Below, piece by piece: positions 10,761 to 21,104 of a stretch of DNA of 64,000 bases; the first letter of the stretch is position 1; each line of letters opens with the position of its first letter. Location: positions 2,112,001 to 2,176,000 of the forward strand of contig CBDCWG010000012.1 in the NCBI GenBank assembly GCA_965223345.1. The letters are read 5' to 3'. The stretch is from Nitrospinales bacterium (lineage in GTDB: Bacteria > Nitrospinota > Nitrospinia > Nitrospinales > VA-1). Position numbers and translations under genes: made by a program. The notes under the pieces were generated by a model. It saw nothing but the letters and a program-made list of their open reading frames with translations, was not told the DNA's origin and made no database searches.

Positions 10761-12077
10761 ATGAACCTGAATCTCGCCGAAGTCGCGACCCAAAATCACA
10801 CCGACGTGCTGGACAACGGGTTGACCGTGGTCACCGTGGAGATGCCGCAGGTCCACGCCATGGATCTGGTCATGTTCGTGCGCGCGGGTCTGCGCTTTGA
10901 AAACCCGGACAACAACGGCATCTCGCATTTTCTCGAGCACATGATGTTCCGGGGCAACCGCGACTATCCCACCTCTCTGCTGCTCAATCGCAAGTTCGAG
11001 ACGCTGGGGACCGATCTGCGCGCCTCGACGCTGAGCGAATACACCAGTTACGGTTTCAGCCCGCACCGCTCGCAGCTGGAACCCGCGATGCAGGCGTTCG
11101 CCGGTTTTTTCACGCATCCCACGTTTCCGCAGATCGAACTGGAACGGGAGATCATTCTGGAGGAATACCTGGAAGAGCTGAACGAGAAAGGCGAGAACGT
11201 GGACATCGACGATCTGGCCTGCCGGCTGCTCTACCGCGGCACACCGCTCGCCATGCCGACGGTGGGGACCGAACGCACGATCAAAGCCATCAACACGGAC
11301 ATGCTGCGGGATTATTTTGCGACCTACTACATTCCCAAAAACATGATCCTGGCTGCGGCGGGACCGATCGACCGCGACGTGTTTCTGGGGCTGGCGAAAA
11401 AATATTTTTCCGGATTCAAAAACAGCGGGACGGTCGTCGCGCCGGATCATTTCCAGGGCACGCTCGTGGAAAGCCAGACGGAGCCGCAGTTTTTGTTTCA
11501 GTACGACACCGACAGCCAGATCCAGTTGCAGATCTGCTTTCGCGCCATCTCATACAACCATCCGGACTATTACACGCTTTGCCTGCTCACCCGCATTTTC
11601 GACGACGGGTTCAGCTCGCGGCTGCAGCAGGCGGTGCGCGAGGACCGGGGGCTGGTGTATTCGGTGGACTGCCGCGCTACCTGCTGGTCGGATACGGGAA
11701 CGGTGGATTTCGACGCTTCGGTGCGCCCGGATAAAGTGCAGGAAGTGGCGCGCATCCTGTTTCAGCAGATCCGCTCTTTCATCGAGACGGGGCCGACCGA
11801 AGAGGAAGTGGATCACGTCAAGAAGCGCAGCTTTTTCGATCTGGACGTGGACCGCGACGATCCGTACAAACAGATCACCCGCCACGGGTTCCCGCTGCTG
11901 TACTCGTATGAGGTTTCCGTGGAAGAGGAATGGGCGATCCTCGAAAAAATCACCCGCCAGGACATCCACCGGCTGGCCCGGAAAATCTTCGTGCCGGAAA
12001 AACTCAACCTCGTCGTGGTGGGCCCCCACACGCCCGAGATCCAACAGGGGCTGGAAAACCTGGCCCGTTCGTTTTAA
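10761..12077 (+). CDS. M16 family zinc peptidase (pitrilysin-like)
   Basis: GISHFLEHMMFRG (HxxEH), EREIILEE, SSRL.Q.VRE.RGLVY. Confidence 0.92.
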   Translation: MNLNLAEVATQNHTDVLDNGLTVVTVEMPQVHAMDLVMFVRAGLRFENPDNNGISHFLEHMMFRGNRDYPTSLLLNRKFETLGTDLRASTLSEYTSYGFSPHRSQLEPAMQAFAGFFTHPTFPQIELEREIILEEYLEELNEKGENVDIDDLACRLLYRGTPLAMPTVGTERTIKAINTDMLRDYFATYYIPKNMILAAAGPIDRDVFLGLAKKYFSGFKNSGTVVAPDHFQGTLVESQTEPQFLFQYDTDSQIQLQICFRAISYNHPDYYTLCLLTRIFDDGFSSRLQQAVREDRGLVYSVDCRATCWSDTGTVDFDASVRPDKVQEVARILFQQIRSFIETGPTEEEVDHVKKRSFFDLDVDRDDPYKQITRHGFPLLYSYEVSVEEEWAILEKITRQDIHRLARKIFVPEKLNLVVVGPHTPEIQQGLENLARSF

Positions 12078-12103
12078 TCACTCTGCATCGGTTCCCTGAT
12101 TTT

Positions 12104-12919
12104 ATGAATTCGAATGGTTTTGTTTTCCGTTGCGCCGCCGTTTTGCTTTTCGGGTGGGTTCTTACCATGAGCGCGGGCTGCGGCGTTTCCGGAAAGGATG
12201 TGGAAAAATGTCTCGACAGCGGCGAATGCATCGCCGTGGTGGAGGTCCCGAAAATTTCAGAGGAGTTGCCGCTGGATCCGGCGGCGGCCTTGTGGAATGG
12301 CGAACAGAAAGGAATTTCGATCGACCTGGGCCCGCAGATGATCACCAACCCCAAGTGGCCCGACCCGTCCGTCAAGGCGGTGCGCGTGCAGGCCTTCCGC
12401 ACGTCGAGTGAGATGGCGATCCGCATCGAATGGCAGGATGCGACTCAGGACAGCCGCCCCGACCACACGGATTATTACACCGATCAGGCGGCGGTCATGT
12501 TTCCGCTTGAGCCGGGAAGCGAACCGCCGGCCATCATGATGGGAGCGGAAAACACGCCCGTCAACATCTGGCAGTGGAAAGCCATCTGGCAGCAGGGATT
12601 GCAGTCGAAAAAATCCCGCCGCGACCCCAATGCGGGCGGGGCGTCCGGCGGCACCGCGCGGCATTCCCCGGTGGAGGATCTGAACGCCGAGGGGTTCAGC
12701 ACGCTGACGACGCAGGAGGAGCAAAGCGTTTCGGGCAAGGCGGACCGCAAAGGCGACCGCTGGCGGGTGGTGTTCAAACGGTCCCTCACCAATTCGGACG
12801 AAAACGACGTGCAGTTTGAGCATTCGCTGCCGATGGCGGTGGCCATCTGGAACGGCGACAACCGCGAACGCAACGGTCAGAAAGGTATCGCGGGATGGAT
12901 CCTGCTGCGCTTCGTCTGA
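12104..12919 (+). CDS. DMSO-reductase type II heme b subunit (EbdC/NxrC-like) lipoprotein
   Basis: Lipobox SAGC; IEWQDAT, DQAAVMFP, IMMG, PVNIWQWKA, AEGFSTLT, WRVVFKRSL, AIWNG..ERNGQK. Confidence 0.85.
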   Translation: MNSNGFVFRCAAVLLFGWVLTMSAGCGVSGKDVEKCLDSGECIAVVEVPKISEELPLDPAAALWNGEQKGISIDLGPQMITNPKWPDPSVKAVRVQAFRTSSEMAIRIEWQDATQDSRPDHTDYYTDQAAVMFPLEPGSEPPAIMMGAENTPVNIWQWKAIWQQGLQSKKSRRDPNAGGASGGTARHSPVEDLNAEGFSTLTTQEEQSVSGKADRKGDRWRVVFKRSLTNSDENDVQFEHSLPMAVAIWNGDNRERNGQKGIAGWILLRFV

Positions 12920-12932
12920 CGTTGTTTGCGGA

Positions 12933-13865
12933 TCAAGTTGAATTCTTTCCCAGATTGTCCTTGAAGCGTTTGAACGTTTCGCGCAGGTAAGGCCCGAGAA
13001 CGGTGTTCAACTCCTGCGGCACCCAGTTGATTTTTTCCACCGGCCAGTCCTCGATTTTTTTGATGTCCAATCCGTGTTTGCCGTACGGACCCGCCAGCGC
13101 TTCTTCATACCCGTAAACCAGAGCGTTTGAATACACCCTGTGGAACTGCTCCTCGATCGCTTCCGGATCGTGCAGCCCGGCGAGGAACGCCTGGAACAAC
13201 TCCTCGATGATGGGGTTCGCGTGTTCCTCGAAGTCGGGAGTCAAAGCGGGTTTGAGCGTGAAATAAGTGATCAGGACATCCTGCAGGAGAAACTTCATCT
13301 CGTCACTGGCCCGTTTCCCCGGACGCTGGTTGAGGTCGAGCAGTTCCTTGAGCGCCATGACGTTGCGGACCGCATCGTAGATGATCGACTCCTCCCAGCT
13401 GGCCTCGTTCCACACGAAGAAGGCGCGGACGAATTTGATGCGGCCGGTCGTGTCCCACATCTGCAGCGTGGTGGTGGGTTTGACGCGGTTGCTGTAGGGG
13501 ATGGGTTCGCCCCAGTGCGGATCGACCAGATTCAGCGCGTGGCTTTTGAACACCGATTGAAACGTCTGATGGTACAGAACCATCAGGCGCTCGAAGTTTT
13601 CCTTGTCATCCAGGGGGCTGTTCTGCGGAAGGTTGACGATGCTGTACAGGCGCACCACGTTGGTGCGTGCGCGGCCGTCGTCCCCGGCGACCAGGTACGA
13701 GCCGCCCCACATGCCCGCGGTGATGGGAACCTCGATCCCGAATCGCTTCTGCATCGTGTCTGCAACGATGGCCGCGATGGCGCGGAAGGATTCGTGCAGA
13801 TAGTACAGATTGATTCGGCGATCGCGCGCAAAAAGCTGCTTGGGTAGAACGAGCTTTGAAGTCAT
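12933..13865 (-). CDS. Hypothetical soluble protein
   Basis: 310-aa ORF with host-like codon usage; no family recognised. Confidence 0.75.
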   Translation of the reverse strand: MTSKLVLPKQLFARDRRINLYYLHESFRAIAAIVADTMQKRFGIEVPITAGMWGGSYLVAGDDGRARTNVVRLYSIVNLPQNSPLDDKENFERLMVLYHQTFQSVFKSHALNLVDPHWGEPIPYSNRVKPTTTLQMWDTTGRIKFVRAFFVWNEASWEESIIYDAVRNVMALKELLDLNQRPGKRASDEMKFLLQDVLITYFTLKPALTPDFEEHANPIIEELFQAFLAGLHDPEAIEEQFHRVYSNALVYGYEEALAGPYGKHGLDIKKIEDWPVEKINWVPQELNTVLGPYLRETFKRFKDNLGKNST

Positions 13866-14030
13866 GTCTTGCCAGGGGTATAAGTCTCACCCTGACAAAA
13901 CCACGAAAGGAGGAGAAAAAACCGGTGGAAAAAAATGAAAATCAGTTCGTCAATTATTTTGCCGGTGGCCGTGTAAGCGGCAAATCGCTCGATACCAGCG
14001 GGCCGAGGTGTGTTTTCGTCTTCGCTGTGA

Positions 14031-15710
14031 TCAGTCCGTCACCGCCCCACGCGATGCGGAGGAAACGGCTTTCGCGTATTTGGCCAGAACTCCGGCTTTA
14101 TATTTGATCGGTGGGGCCGTCCAGTTCGATTTTCTCTTTGCAATTTCTTCGTCCGTCAGTTCCGCTTGCAGGACGTGGTTGTCCAGATCGACCGTGATGC
14201 GGTCGCCGGGTTCCAGCAGCGCGATCAGGCCGCCCGCCTGCGCTTCCGGCGCCACATGGCCGACGACGATGCCGTAGGTTCCGCCGGAGAACCGGCCGTC
14301 GGTGATGAGCGCCACCTTGTCCCCCAGGCCTTCGCCGACCAGGGCGGACGTGGGCGCCAGCATCTCGCGCATGCCCGGTCCGCCTTTGGGGCCTTCGTAG
14401 CGGATGACCACCACGTCGCCGGGCTGGATTTTCTTTTCCATGATCGCGTCCAGGCATTCCTCTTCTGAGTTGAAGATGCGCGCAGGCCCGGTGAGCTTGC
14501 GGGTCTGGATGCCGGAGATCTTGGCGACCGAACCTTCCGGGCTCAAGTTGCCCTTGAGGATGGCGAGGTGTCCTTCCTGTGATTTCGCCTTGTCAAAGGG
14601 AAGGATGACATCCTGATTCGCGTCGGGAAGATCGGGAACATTCTGTAAGTTTTCGGCGACGGTCTTGCCGGTGACGGTCAGGCAGTCCCCGTGGATGAGG
14701 CCCGCGTTGAGCAGCATCTTCATGACCTGCGGGATGCCTCCCGCGCGGTGCAGGTCGACGGTGACGTATCTGCCCGAGGGTTTCAGATCGCAGAACAGCG
14801 GCGTCTTCTTGCGGATCGTCTCGAAATCGTCGATTTTAAGATCGACGCCCACCGAATGGGCGATGGCCAAAAGATGCAGCACGGCGTTGGTGGAGCCGCC
14901 CACCGCCATCACCACGGCGATGGCGTTTTCCAGCGCCTTGCGGGTGAGGATGTCCTGCGGGCAGATGTTTTTCTCCAGCAAGGGGAAGAGCGCCGCCGCG
15001 CTCTCGCCGGTGTTGATCTCTTTTTCCTTGTCTTCGTTCGACATGGTGGAGCTGTAGGGCAGGCTCAATCCCATGGCTTCAATGGCGGAGGACATGGTGT
15101 TCGCCGTGAACATGCCGCCGCAGGAGCCGTAGCCCGGACAGGCGTTTTTTTCGATATTCGTCAACTGCGCCTCGTCGATGGTGCCGGCGCTGTACTGCCC
15201 CACGGCCTCGAACGCGCTGACGACGGTGAGATCCTTGCCGTCCAGATGTCCGGGCTTGATGGTGCCGCCGTAGACGAAGATGCTGGGAATGTCCAGCCGC
15301 GCCATGGCCATCACCGCGCCCGGCATGTTCTTGTCGCAGCCGCCGATGCAGATCACCGCATCGAGGTTCGCGGCGCGGCAGACCGTCTCGACCGAATCCG
15401 CGATCACATCGCGGCTGACCAGCGAGCATTTCATGCCTTCGGTGCCCATCGAGATGCCGTCGCTGACGGTGATGGTGCCGAACATCTGCGGCATGCCGCC
15501 GCGCTCGCGGATGGTCGCGGTCGCGACGTCGGCCAGTTTCCCGAGACCTGCGTTGCAGGGGGTGACATCGCTCTGTCCGTTGGCGACGCCGACGATGGGT
15601 TTGTCAAAGTCGGCATCGGTGAAGCCCACGGCGCGCAGCATGGCGCGGTTGGGGGCCCGTTTGTTTCCCTGGGTGACGACGCGGCTTTTGCGGTTGAGTT
15701 TTTCGGACAT
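14031..15710 (-). CDS. ilvD: Dihydroxy-acid dehydratase
   Basis: [68 protein letters not shown]. Confidence 0.97.
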   Translation of the reverse strand: MSEKLNRKSRVVTQGNKRAPNRAMLRAVGFTDADFDKPIVGVANGQSDVTPCNAGLGKLADVATATIRERGGMPQMFGTITVSDGISMGTEGMKCSLVSRDVIADSVETVCRAANLDAVICIGGCDKNMPGAVMAMARLDIPSIFVYGGTIKPGHLDGKDLTVVSAFEAVGQYSAGTIDEAQLTNIEKNACPGYGSCGGMFTANTMSSAIEAMGLSLPYSSTMSNEDKEKEINTGESAAALFPLLEKNICPQDILTRKALENAIAVVMAVGGSTNAVLHLLAIAHSVGVDLKIDDFETIRKKTPLFCDLKPSGRYVTVDLHRAGGIPQVMKMLLNAGLIHGDCLTVTGKTVAENLQNVPDLPDANQDVILPFDKAKSQEGHLAILKGNLSPEGSVAKISGIQTRKLTGPARIFNSEEECLDAIMEKKIQPGDVVVIRYEGPKGGPGMREMLAPTSALVGEGLGDKVALITDGRFSGGTYGIVVGHVAPEAQAGGLIALLEPGDRITVDLDNHVLQAELTDEEIAKRKSNWTAPPIKYKAGVLAKYAKAVSSASRGAVTD

Positions 15711-15789
15711 GATCAAAAAACCGGATGCTCTGTAAAAGTAAATCGACCCATGATCATACAGCACCGATATCGGAATTGAAAATTTATTT

Positions 15790-17436
15790 TCAGACTGCGT
15801 TTTCGACCCGTTTCAGCGCGGGTTCCTGAATGTAGCCGGATTTATCCTTCGGATGGACGATAGCGTAGTAGCAGGGCGCATCGGCGGGAACCAGCCGGGC
15901 GCGGGAGCCCGTGATCTCGATTTCATGGCTGAACGCGACGCAGGGTGTGGTGTTGTCACCGTCCCAGGTTTTGCCCGGCGGGTTCGCCGGTCTGGCGATG
16001 TGGTTTTTGAGAAAGCCCGGCAAATGAAACACCCGCTGGGCAAACAGATAATCCAGTTTCAACAGATCCGCACCGAGGCGGTCGGCTTTCAGATTAAAGG
16101 TTTCGTAGAAGATCCGGTACTGCTGATCGAGCGAATGGGGGCGCAGCAACAGATCGTGCGTCTCCATGTATTCGAGCAGGCGGTGAAAAACCGCCGCGGC
16201 CGGCTCGGATTCCAGCAGGCGGTCGAGGGAAAAACGGAAGCGCTTGGAGTTGTAGAACAGATCGAACACCTCCGCGAAATTTTTAAGGTAAAGCAGCTGC
16301 TCCGCAGACAGGTCGCGGTTTGAGATCATTTCGTAGGGCGGGGTGGATTGAAATTCATACTGGTGGCTGTCGATCTGCTCGCGGATCGGCGCGCCGGGCA
16401 GAAATTTCAGAAAGCCGAGCTGCAATTCGTGCGGTTTCAATGCCAGCACCTCTTCGAAGGAATGCAGCATCTGCTCCAGGGTTTCTCCCGGCAGCCCGAA
16501 AATCAGATCGCAGTGAAAGTGAATGCGGTTTTGCTTTACCAGCCGGCGGAGGGCGGCGAACAGTTTGTCGTTGTTCTGGCGGCGCTGGATGGTTTTCTGG
16601 GTTTTGGGTTCGGTGGTCTGGATGCCGATCTCAAACTGGAACATGCCGGGGCGCACGGTCTCGAGAAAATCCAGCAGATCGGGGGTGAGGATGTCGCCCA
16701 CGATCTCGAAATGAAACGACGCGCCCGTGTGCTGTTCCAGCCGCCGCATCAGGGTTTTCATCCTGCCGGGGTTGAGGTTGAAGGTGCGGTCCACGAATTT
16801 GATGCGGCGCACGCCGGATTTGACCAGCATTTCGATCTGTTCGTGCATGAGGGCGTCGTCAAAGTACCGGACTTTCTTGTCGAGCGCGGACAGGCAGAAC
16901 GAGCAGAGGTAGGGGCAGCCGCGTGAAGTTTCCAGATAGGCGATGCGGTTTTTGAGCTGCGGCAGGTCTTCCTCGATGTAGGGGGGCGCGAGTTCCGGCA
17001 GGTCCGTGCCGTAGGTGCTCCAGCGCTTCAGCGTCTCGGCGGAAGGGGTTTCGCCGCGCCGGTGATGCTCCAGAAACTCCACCCATTTGTCTTCCCCTTC
17101 ACCCGCCAGCACGGTGCAGTGCGGCGGCAGTTGCGTCTCAAACGAGACTTCCGGGCCGCCCACGGCGATCTTGAGTTCGGGGTCGTGTTTTTTCAGCCGT
17201 TCGATCAGCTCGAAACTCTGGGCGCGGTTCCAGATGTAGACGCTGATTCCCAGAACCTCCGGTTTTTGTTTCAGGATCTGCGCGGCGATCTTCCAGGTGG
17301 GCTGCTGGATGATGTGTTCCTGGATCCAGGTGTTGGCGAAGCCCGCCCGGCGCGCGGCGTTCCTCAGATAGCGGAGGCTGAGCGAGGAATGGATGAATTT
17401 GGCGTTGAGGGTGACGAGCCCGATCGAGGGATCCAT
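15790..17436 (-). CDS. B12-binding radical SAM protein (DUF4080-type)
   Basis: [58 protein letters not shown]. Confidence 0.9.
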   Translation of the reverse strand: MDPSIGLVTLNAKFIHSSLSLRYLRNAARRAGFANTWIQEHIIQQPTWKIAAQILKQKPEVLGISVYIWNRAQSFELIERLKKHDPELKIAVGGPEVSFETQLPPHCTVLAGEGEDKWVEFLEHHRRGETPSAETLKRWSTYGTDLPELAPPYIEEDLPQLKNRIAYLETSRGCPYLCSFCLSALDKKVRYFDDALMHEQIEMLVKSGVRRIKFVDRTFNLNPGRMKTLMRRLEQHTGASFHFEIVGDILTPDLLDFLETVRPGMFQFEIGIQTTEPKTQKTIQRRQNNDKLFAALRRLVKQNRIHFHCDLIFGLPGETLEQMLHSFEEVLALKPHELQLGFLKFLPGAPIREQIDSHQYEFQSTPPYEMISNRDLSAEQLLYLKNFAEVFDLFYNSKRFRFSLDRLLESEPAAAVFHRLLEYMETHDLLLRPHSLDQQYRIFYETFNLKADRLGADLLKLDYLFAQRVFHLPGFLKNHIARPANPPGKTWDGDNTTPCVAFSHEIEITGSRARLVPADAPCYYAIVHPKDKSGYIQEPALKRVENAV

Positions 17437-17496
17437 GCGCGAATGCCTGTGCGTGTTGTTTGCAGACACTATAGCAGGGGGGGGAGCGCAAAAATG

Positions 17497-18315
17497 CTAT
17501 TTTTTCTGGCAGACCTTGCAGTGGAAGGTCGAGCGGCCGGAATGCACGGTGCGGACGATCGGCGTCGTGCAGCGCGGGCAGGGCTCGTTTTCTTTTCCGT
17601 ACACCGAAAGCTCAATGGCGAAATAACCGGGTGTGCCGTCGGTGCTGAAAAAATCCCGCAAGGTGGTGCCGCCCGAGGCGATGCTTTTTTTCAATGTTGC
17701 GCGCAACGCATCCAGAAGCCGCTGCCAGTCGCCGAGAGTCAGCCGGCCGGCGGTGCGCCAAGGATGCATGCCCGCCAGAAACAGCGATTCGCAGGCGTAG
17801 ATGTTGCCGACGCCCACCAGGCGCTTGGCGTCCATCAGGAAGGATTTGACCGGCGCTTTGCAGTTTTTGGCCAGGGTTTTGAGCGCCTTCGGCGTGGTGG
17901 TGCTCTCCAGCGGATCGAGTCCGAGGTGGTTCAGCAATTTGTGGCCCTGGTCTTTCGGAGCCCAGACGATGCAGCCGAAGCGCCGCGGGTCGATGAAATG
18001 CAGGTGCGTCTCCGGTTCGAACCGGAAGACCGCGTGCGTGTGTTTTTCCACCGGCTCCATCGACGGGTGCTGCGCAACGCGGCCGCTCATTCCCAGATGC
18101 CACACCATCGCGCCGCTTTCCGTGTGCAGCAGCAGGTACTTGCCCCGGCGGGTGATGTCGCGGATTCTCTTGCGGTCCAGCTCGCGGTTCAGGGTTTCCG
18201 TGGGGATGGGAAAGCGGATTTCGTTGCGGAAAAACCGCACCCGCGTGCAGGCCTTGTCGCGGACGATGGGAATAAGCGCGCGCCTCAGGGTTTCGACTTC
18301 GGGAAGTTCGGGCAT
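17497..18315 (-). CDS. mutM: Formamidopyrimidine-DNA glycosylase
   Basis: MPELPEVET, RRGKYL, HLGMSG, DPRRFG, GVGNIYACE, C-terminal zinc finger. Confidence 0.97.
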   Translation of the reverse strand: MPELPEVETLRRALIPIVRDKACTRVRFFRNEIRFPIPTETLNRELDRKRIRDITRRGKYLLLHTESGAMVWHLGMSGRVAQHPSMEPVEKHTHAVFRFEPETHLHFIDPRRFGCIVWAPKDQGHKLLNHLGLDPLESTTTPKALKTLAKNCKAPVKSFLMDAKRLVGVGNIYACESLFLAGMHPWRTAGRLTLGDWQRLLDALRATLKKSIASGGTTLRDFFSTDGTPGYFAIELSVYGKENEPCPRCTTPIVRTVHSGRSTFHCKVCQKK

Positions 18316-18354
18316 CGCGCGGGGTGGGCGAGGGGGGACTTGCCGCCGTTCGCT

Positions 18355-19023
18355 CTATTCCGGGGCGGGTTGAGCCGGAGTGCTGTCCCCGTTTTCCGGC
18401 GAATCGTTGCCGCCGTCCGCTTCATTCGCCGCGCCGGAGGGGGCTTTGGAGACCACCACTTGCGAGGGCCGCAAAATCCTGCCGTTCAGATGATAGCCTG
18501 TGGAGTATTCTTCGGTCACGGTGTTTTCTTCGTGTTCCCCGGATTCGATCTGACAGAGCGCTTCGTGCATGGAGGGATCGAAGGGTTTCCCCACCGCATC
18601 GATGCGTTCCACTTTCTGCTTGTCCAACAGATCCTCGAATTGTTTGAGGATCATCTGGACGCCTTCCTTGAGCGTTTCGACATCGGGGTTTTCGGCAGAG
18701 AGGGCGCGTTCCAGGTTGTCCTTGATCGGCAGAAGCTCCTTGAGGAGTTTTTCGTTGGCGAACTGCAGAAAATCCTCTTTTTCCTTTTTCAGGCGTTTTT
18801 TGAAGTTTTCCGTCTCCGCCACCATGCGCAGGTGTTCGTTGCGTTGCTCGGCCAGCTCGGCTTCCTTCTGGTCCAGTTGTTCTTTCAGGATGTCCAGCGG
18901 GTCCTTCAGCGGCTCGTCGTCCATGATCTCCGCTTCCGCGGTTTCCTCGTGGCCGTTGTCGTTCTGCTCAGAAGCAGCGGTCTCTTCGGGGGTGTCTTCG
19001 GTGTTTTCGATGGGGTCTTTCAA
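18355..19023 (-). CDS. grpE: Nucleotide exchange factor GrpE
   Basis: AETENFKKR, LLPIKDNLERAL, FDPSMHEA, GYHLNGRILRPSQVVV; probable TTG start at 19023 just after the hrcA stop. Confidence 0.93.
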   Translation of the reverse strand: MKDPIENTEDTPEETAASEQNDNGHEETAEAEIMDDEPLKDPLDILKEQLDQKEAELAEQRNEHLRMVAETENFKKRLKKEKEDFLQFANEKLLKELLPIKDNLERALSAENPDVETLKEGVQMILKQFEDLLDKQKVERIDAVGKPFDPSMHEALCQIESGEHEENTVTEEYSTGYHLNGRILRPSQVVVSKAPSGAANEADGGNDSPENGDSTPAQPAPE

Positions 19024-19028
19024 GGTGA

Positions 19029-20075
19029 TTATTTTTCCTTCGAGATCAAAGTGGAGACCGTTTTGGCGGTCTGGTTGACGATGGCAATGATGCGCTTGTA
19101 ATCCATGCGTTTGGGGCCGAAAACCGCGACGGTGCCGAGTTTCTCGTCCCCTTTCTGGTAATTCTGGGCGATCAGGCTGCACCCCTGCATTTCCTCGTTC
19201 AGGTTTTCCTCGCCGATGAGGATCGTCATGCCGTCGTGCTTGAGGCAATGATCCAGAAGCTGAACCAGTTTGGTTTTGTCTTCCAGCGTTTTGAGCAGCA
19301 CCTTGATCTGTTCCAGATCCGTGGTGAACTCCGGGTGGTCCAGGAGATTGAGCGCGCCCTGCACCAGAAGCGATCCTTCCTCTTCTTCGGAAAAAATGCG
19401 GGTGGACAGGTTCATGGCTTTTTTCATCAGCTGATTGTAATGCTCGCGCTCGTTTTTCAGCCGGTGCAGCAACTCGGCGCGGATCGACTGGATCGACTTG
19501 CCGCTGAACTCCTCGTTCAGATAATGCGAAATGGAGGTCAGTTGATCCTGGTTCATGCCCTTTTCGACCGGGATGATCTTGTTCTGCAATACGCCCATGT
19601 CGGAATAAAATACCGCCAGGGCCTTGTCCGCATCGACCTGCATGAACTCGATGTGTTTGAAAACGGTGTTCTGGAACGAAGGCAGCATGACCAGGCCGGT
19701 CTGGTTCGAACTCAGCGACAGGTCGGAACAGGCGGTTTCCAGCACCGATTGCAGGTTGCGGTCGCTGGCGATGCCGCGGAAGGATTCGGTCAGCGCCTCG
19801 GTTTCCTTGAGGAAACGCCGGGGCGACAGCAGCGTGTTCACGTAAAACCGGTATCCCTGGTCGGTGGGGACCCTGCCTGCGGACGTGTGCGGCTGATGCA
19901 GGTAGCCCAACTCTTCCAGATCCGCCATGACGTTGCGGATCGTGGCGGGGCTGAGTTTTTCGGAATGCTTTTTGGCGACGCTGCGCGAGCCCACGGGTTC
20001 GGCTTTTTGGATGTAGTCGTTGACCACTTCCAGAAGGATCGATTTTTTTCTTTCGTCTAATTGAAACTCATTCAT
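19029..20075 (-). CDS. hrcA: Heat-inducible transcription repressor HrcA
   Basis: EPVGSR, SPATIRNVMADLEELGYLHQPHTSAGRVPTDQGYRFYV, GPKRMDY. Confidence 0.97.
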   Translation of the reverse strand: MNEFQLDERKKSILLEVVNDYIQKAEPVGSRSVAKKHSEKLSPATIRNVMADLEELGYLHQPHTSAGRVPTDQGYRFYVNTLLSPRRFLKETEALTESFRGIASDRNLQSVLETACSDLSLSSNQTGLVMLPSFQNTVFKHIEFMQVDADKALAVFYSDMGVLQNKIIPVEKGMNQDQLTSISHYLNEEFSGKSIQSIRAELLHRLKNEREHYNQLMKKAMNLSTRIFSEEEEGSLLVQGALNLLDHPEFTTDLEQIKVLLKTLEDKTKLVQLLDHCLKHDGMTILIGEENLNEEMQGCSLIAQNYQKGDEKLGTVAVFGPKRMDYKRIIAIVNQTAKTVSTLISKEK

Positions 20076-20125
20076 GGGGGTTTGGGCCGTCGTGGGCGGG
20101 GTATACTTAACCTTCTGTTTTACAT

Positions 20126-20154
20126 AACTTAGCAGTCCCCATGCCGGTTGTCAA
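20126..20154 (-). promoter_or_regulatory. Sigma70-type hrcA promoter overlapping a degenerate CIRCE
   Basis: Minus strand TTGACA(20154-20149)-N17-TAAGTT(20131-20126); plus strand TTAGCAGTC(20129-20137) matches 8 of 9 bases of the CIRCE half-site TTAGCACTC. Confidence 0.6.
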
Positions 20155-20312
20155 TCGCGGGGCGGGCAGACGCATTTTTTCAAACCCTTGGGTGTCCGGT
20201 TGCTGACAAATCCCCGCACGCAACGCCAGGAATGAGGACGCTGCGGCGGGTGCGGCCGATATCGGAGCCGGGAACCGATTGCACGACCCGTAGCGGCGAC
20301 CACACGCGAAAC

Positions 20313-20969
20313 TCAGTCGATGAGTTTGTTGCGCAGCGCGTAGTGCGTCAGCTGGGCGTTGTTTTTCATCTGGAATTTTTCCATGATGCGCGTGCGATAC
20401 GTGCTGATGGTAGCCACGCTCAAGGAAAGGGATTTGGCGATTTCCGTGACGGTGTTGCCCGATGCGATCATGCAGAAGACCTGGTATTCCCGGTCGGACA
20501 GGTTTTCGTGCAGCGGGACCTCGGTTTTCTGTTCCAGGTCTTCCGCGAGCCGTTCGGCCAGGGTGGAGCTGATGTATTTCCGGCCGCTCGTGATGTGGCG
20601 GATGGCTTTCAGCAGCTCGGGGATGGAGCTTTCCTTGGTCAGGTAACCCGCCGCCCCCGCCTTCAAAAACCGCACGGCGTACTGTTCCTCGGGGTACATG
20701 GTGTAGATCAGCACCGCGGGTTGCGGATCTTTGTTTCGAATGGCTTTCAGGATATCGAGCGCCGAGGGGCCGGGCATGGCGATGTCGAGGATGATCAGGT
20801 TGCAGGCCACCTTGGGGAACTCCTCCAGCACCTCATTGCCCGACTCGACTTCGCAAACCACCTGCATGTCCGGTGTGTCCGCCAGAATTTCGTTCAGACC
20901 TTTGCGGACGATCGTGTGATCGTCGGCGATGAAAATTTTGATCGGTGCGTCCGTCGTCGTTTGATTCAT
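20313..20969 (-). CDS. NarL/UhpA family response regulator (REC + LuxR HTH)
   Basis: IADDH, LDIAMPG, GAAGYLTK, LSDREYQV, TISTYRTRIMEK. Confidence 0.93.
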   Translation of the reverse strand: MNQTTTDAPIKIFIADDHTIVRKGLNEILADTPDMQVVCEVESGNEVLEEFPKVACNLIILDIAMPGPSALDILKAIRNKDPQPAVLIYTMYPEEQYAVRFLKAGAAGYLTKESSIPELLKAIRHITSGRKYISSTLAERLAEDLEQKTEVPLHENLSDREYQVFCMIASGNTVTEIAKSLSLSVATISTYRTRIMEKFQMKNNAQLTHYALRNKLID

Positions 20970-21104
20970 GGTTGAAGGCTCAATCATTCAATGCGTTTTT
21001 TCCGTTCGTGGATGCACTGCCTGAAACAAGGGGTCATGCGTGCTTGATTATAAGTCATTATTCGCAGCGAAAAACCGGGTTTTTTTGTGCGCTGTCTCCT
21101 CATT

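Noticed and set aside
19024..19248. Long N-terminal extension of GrpE
   Set aside because: Overlaps the hrcA 3' end; TTG at 19023 is more plausible
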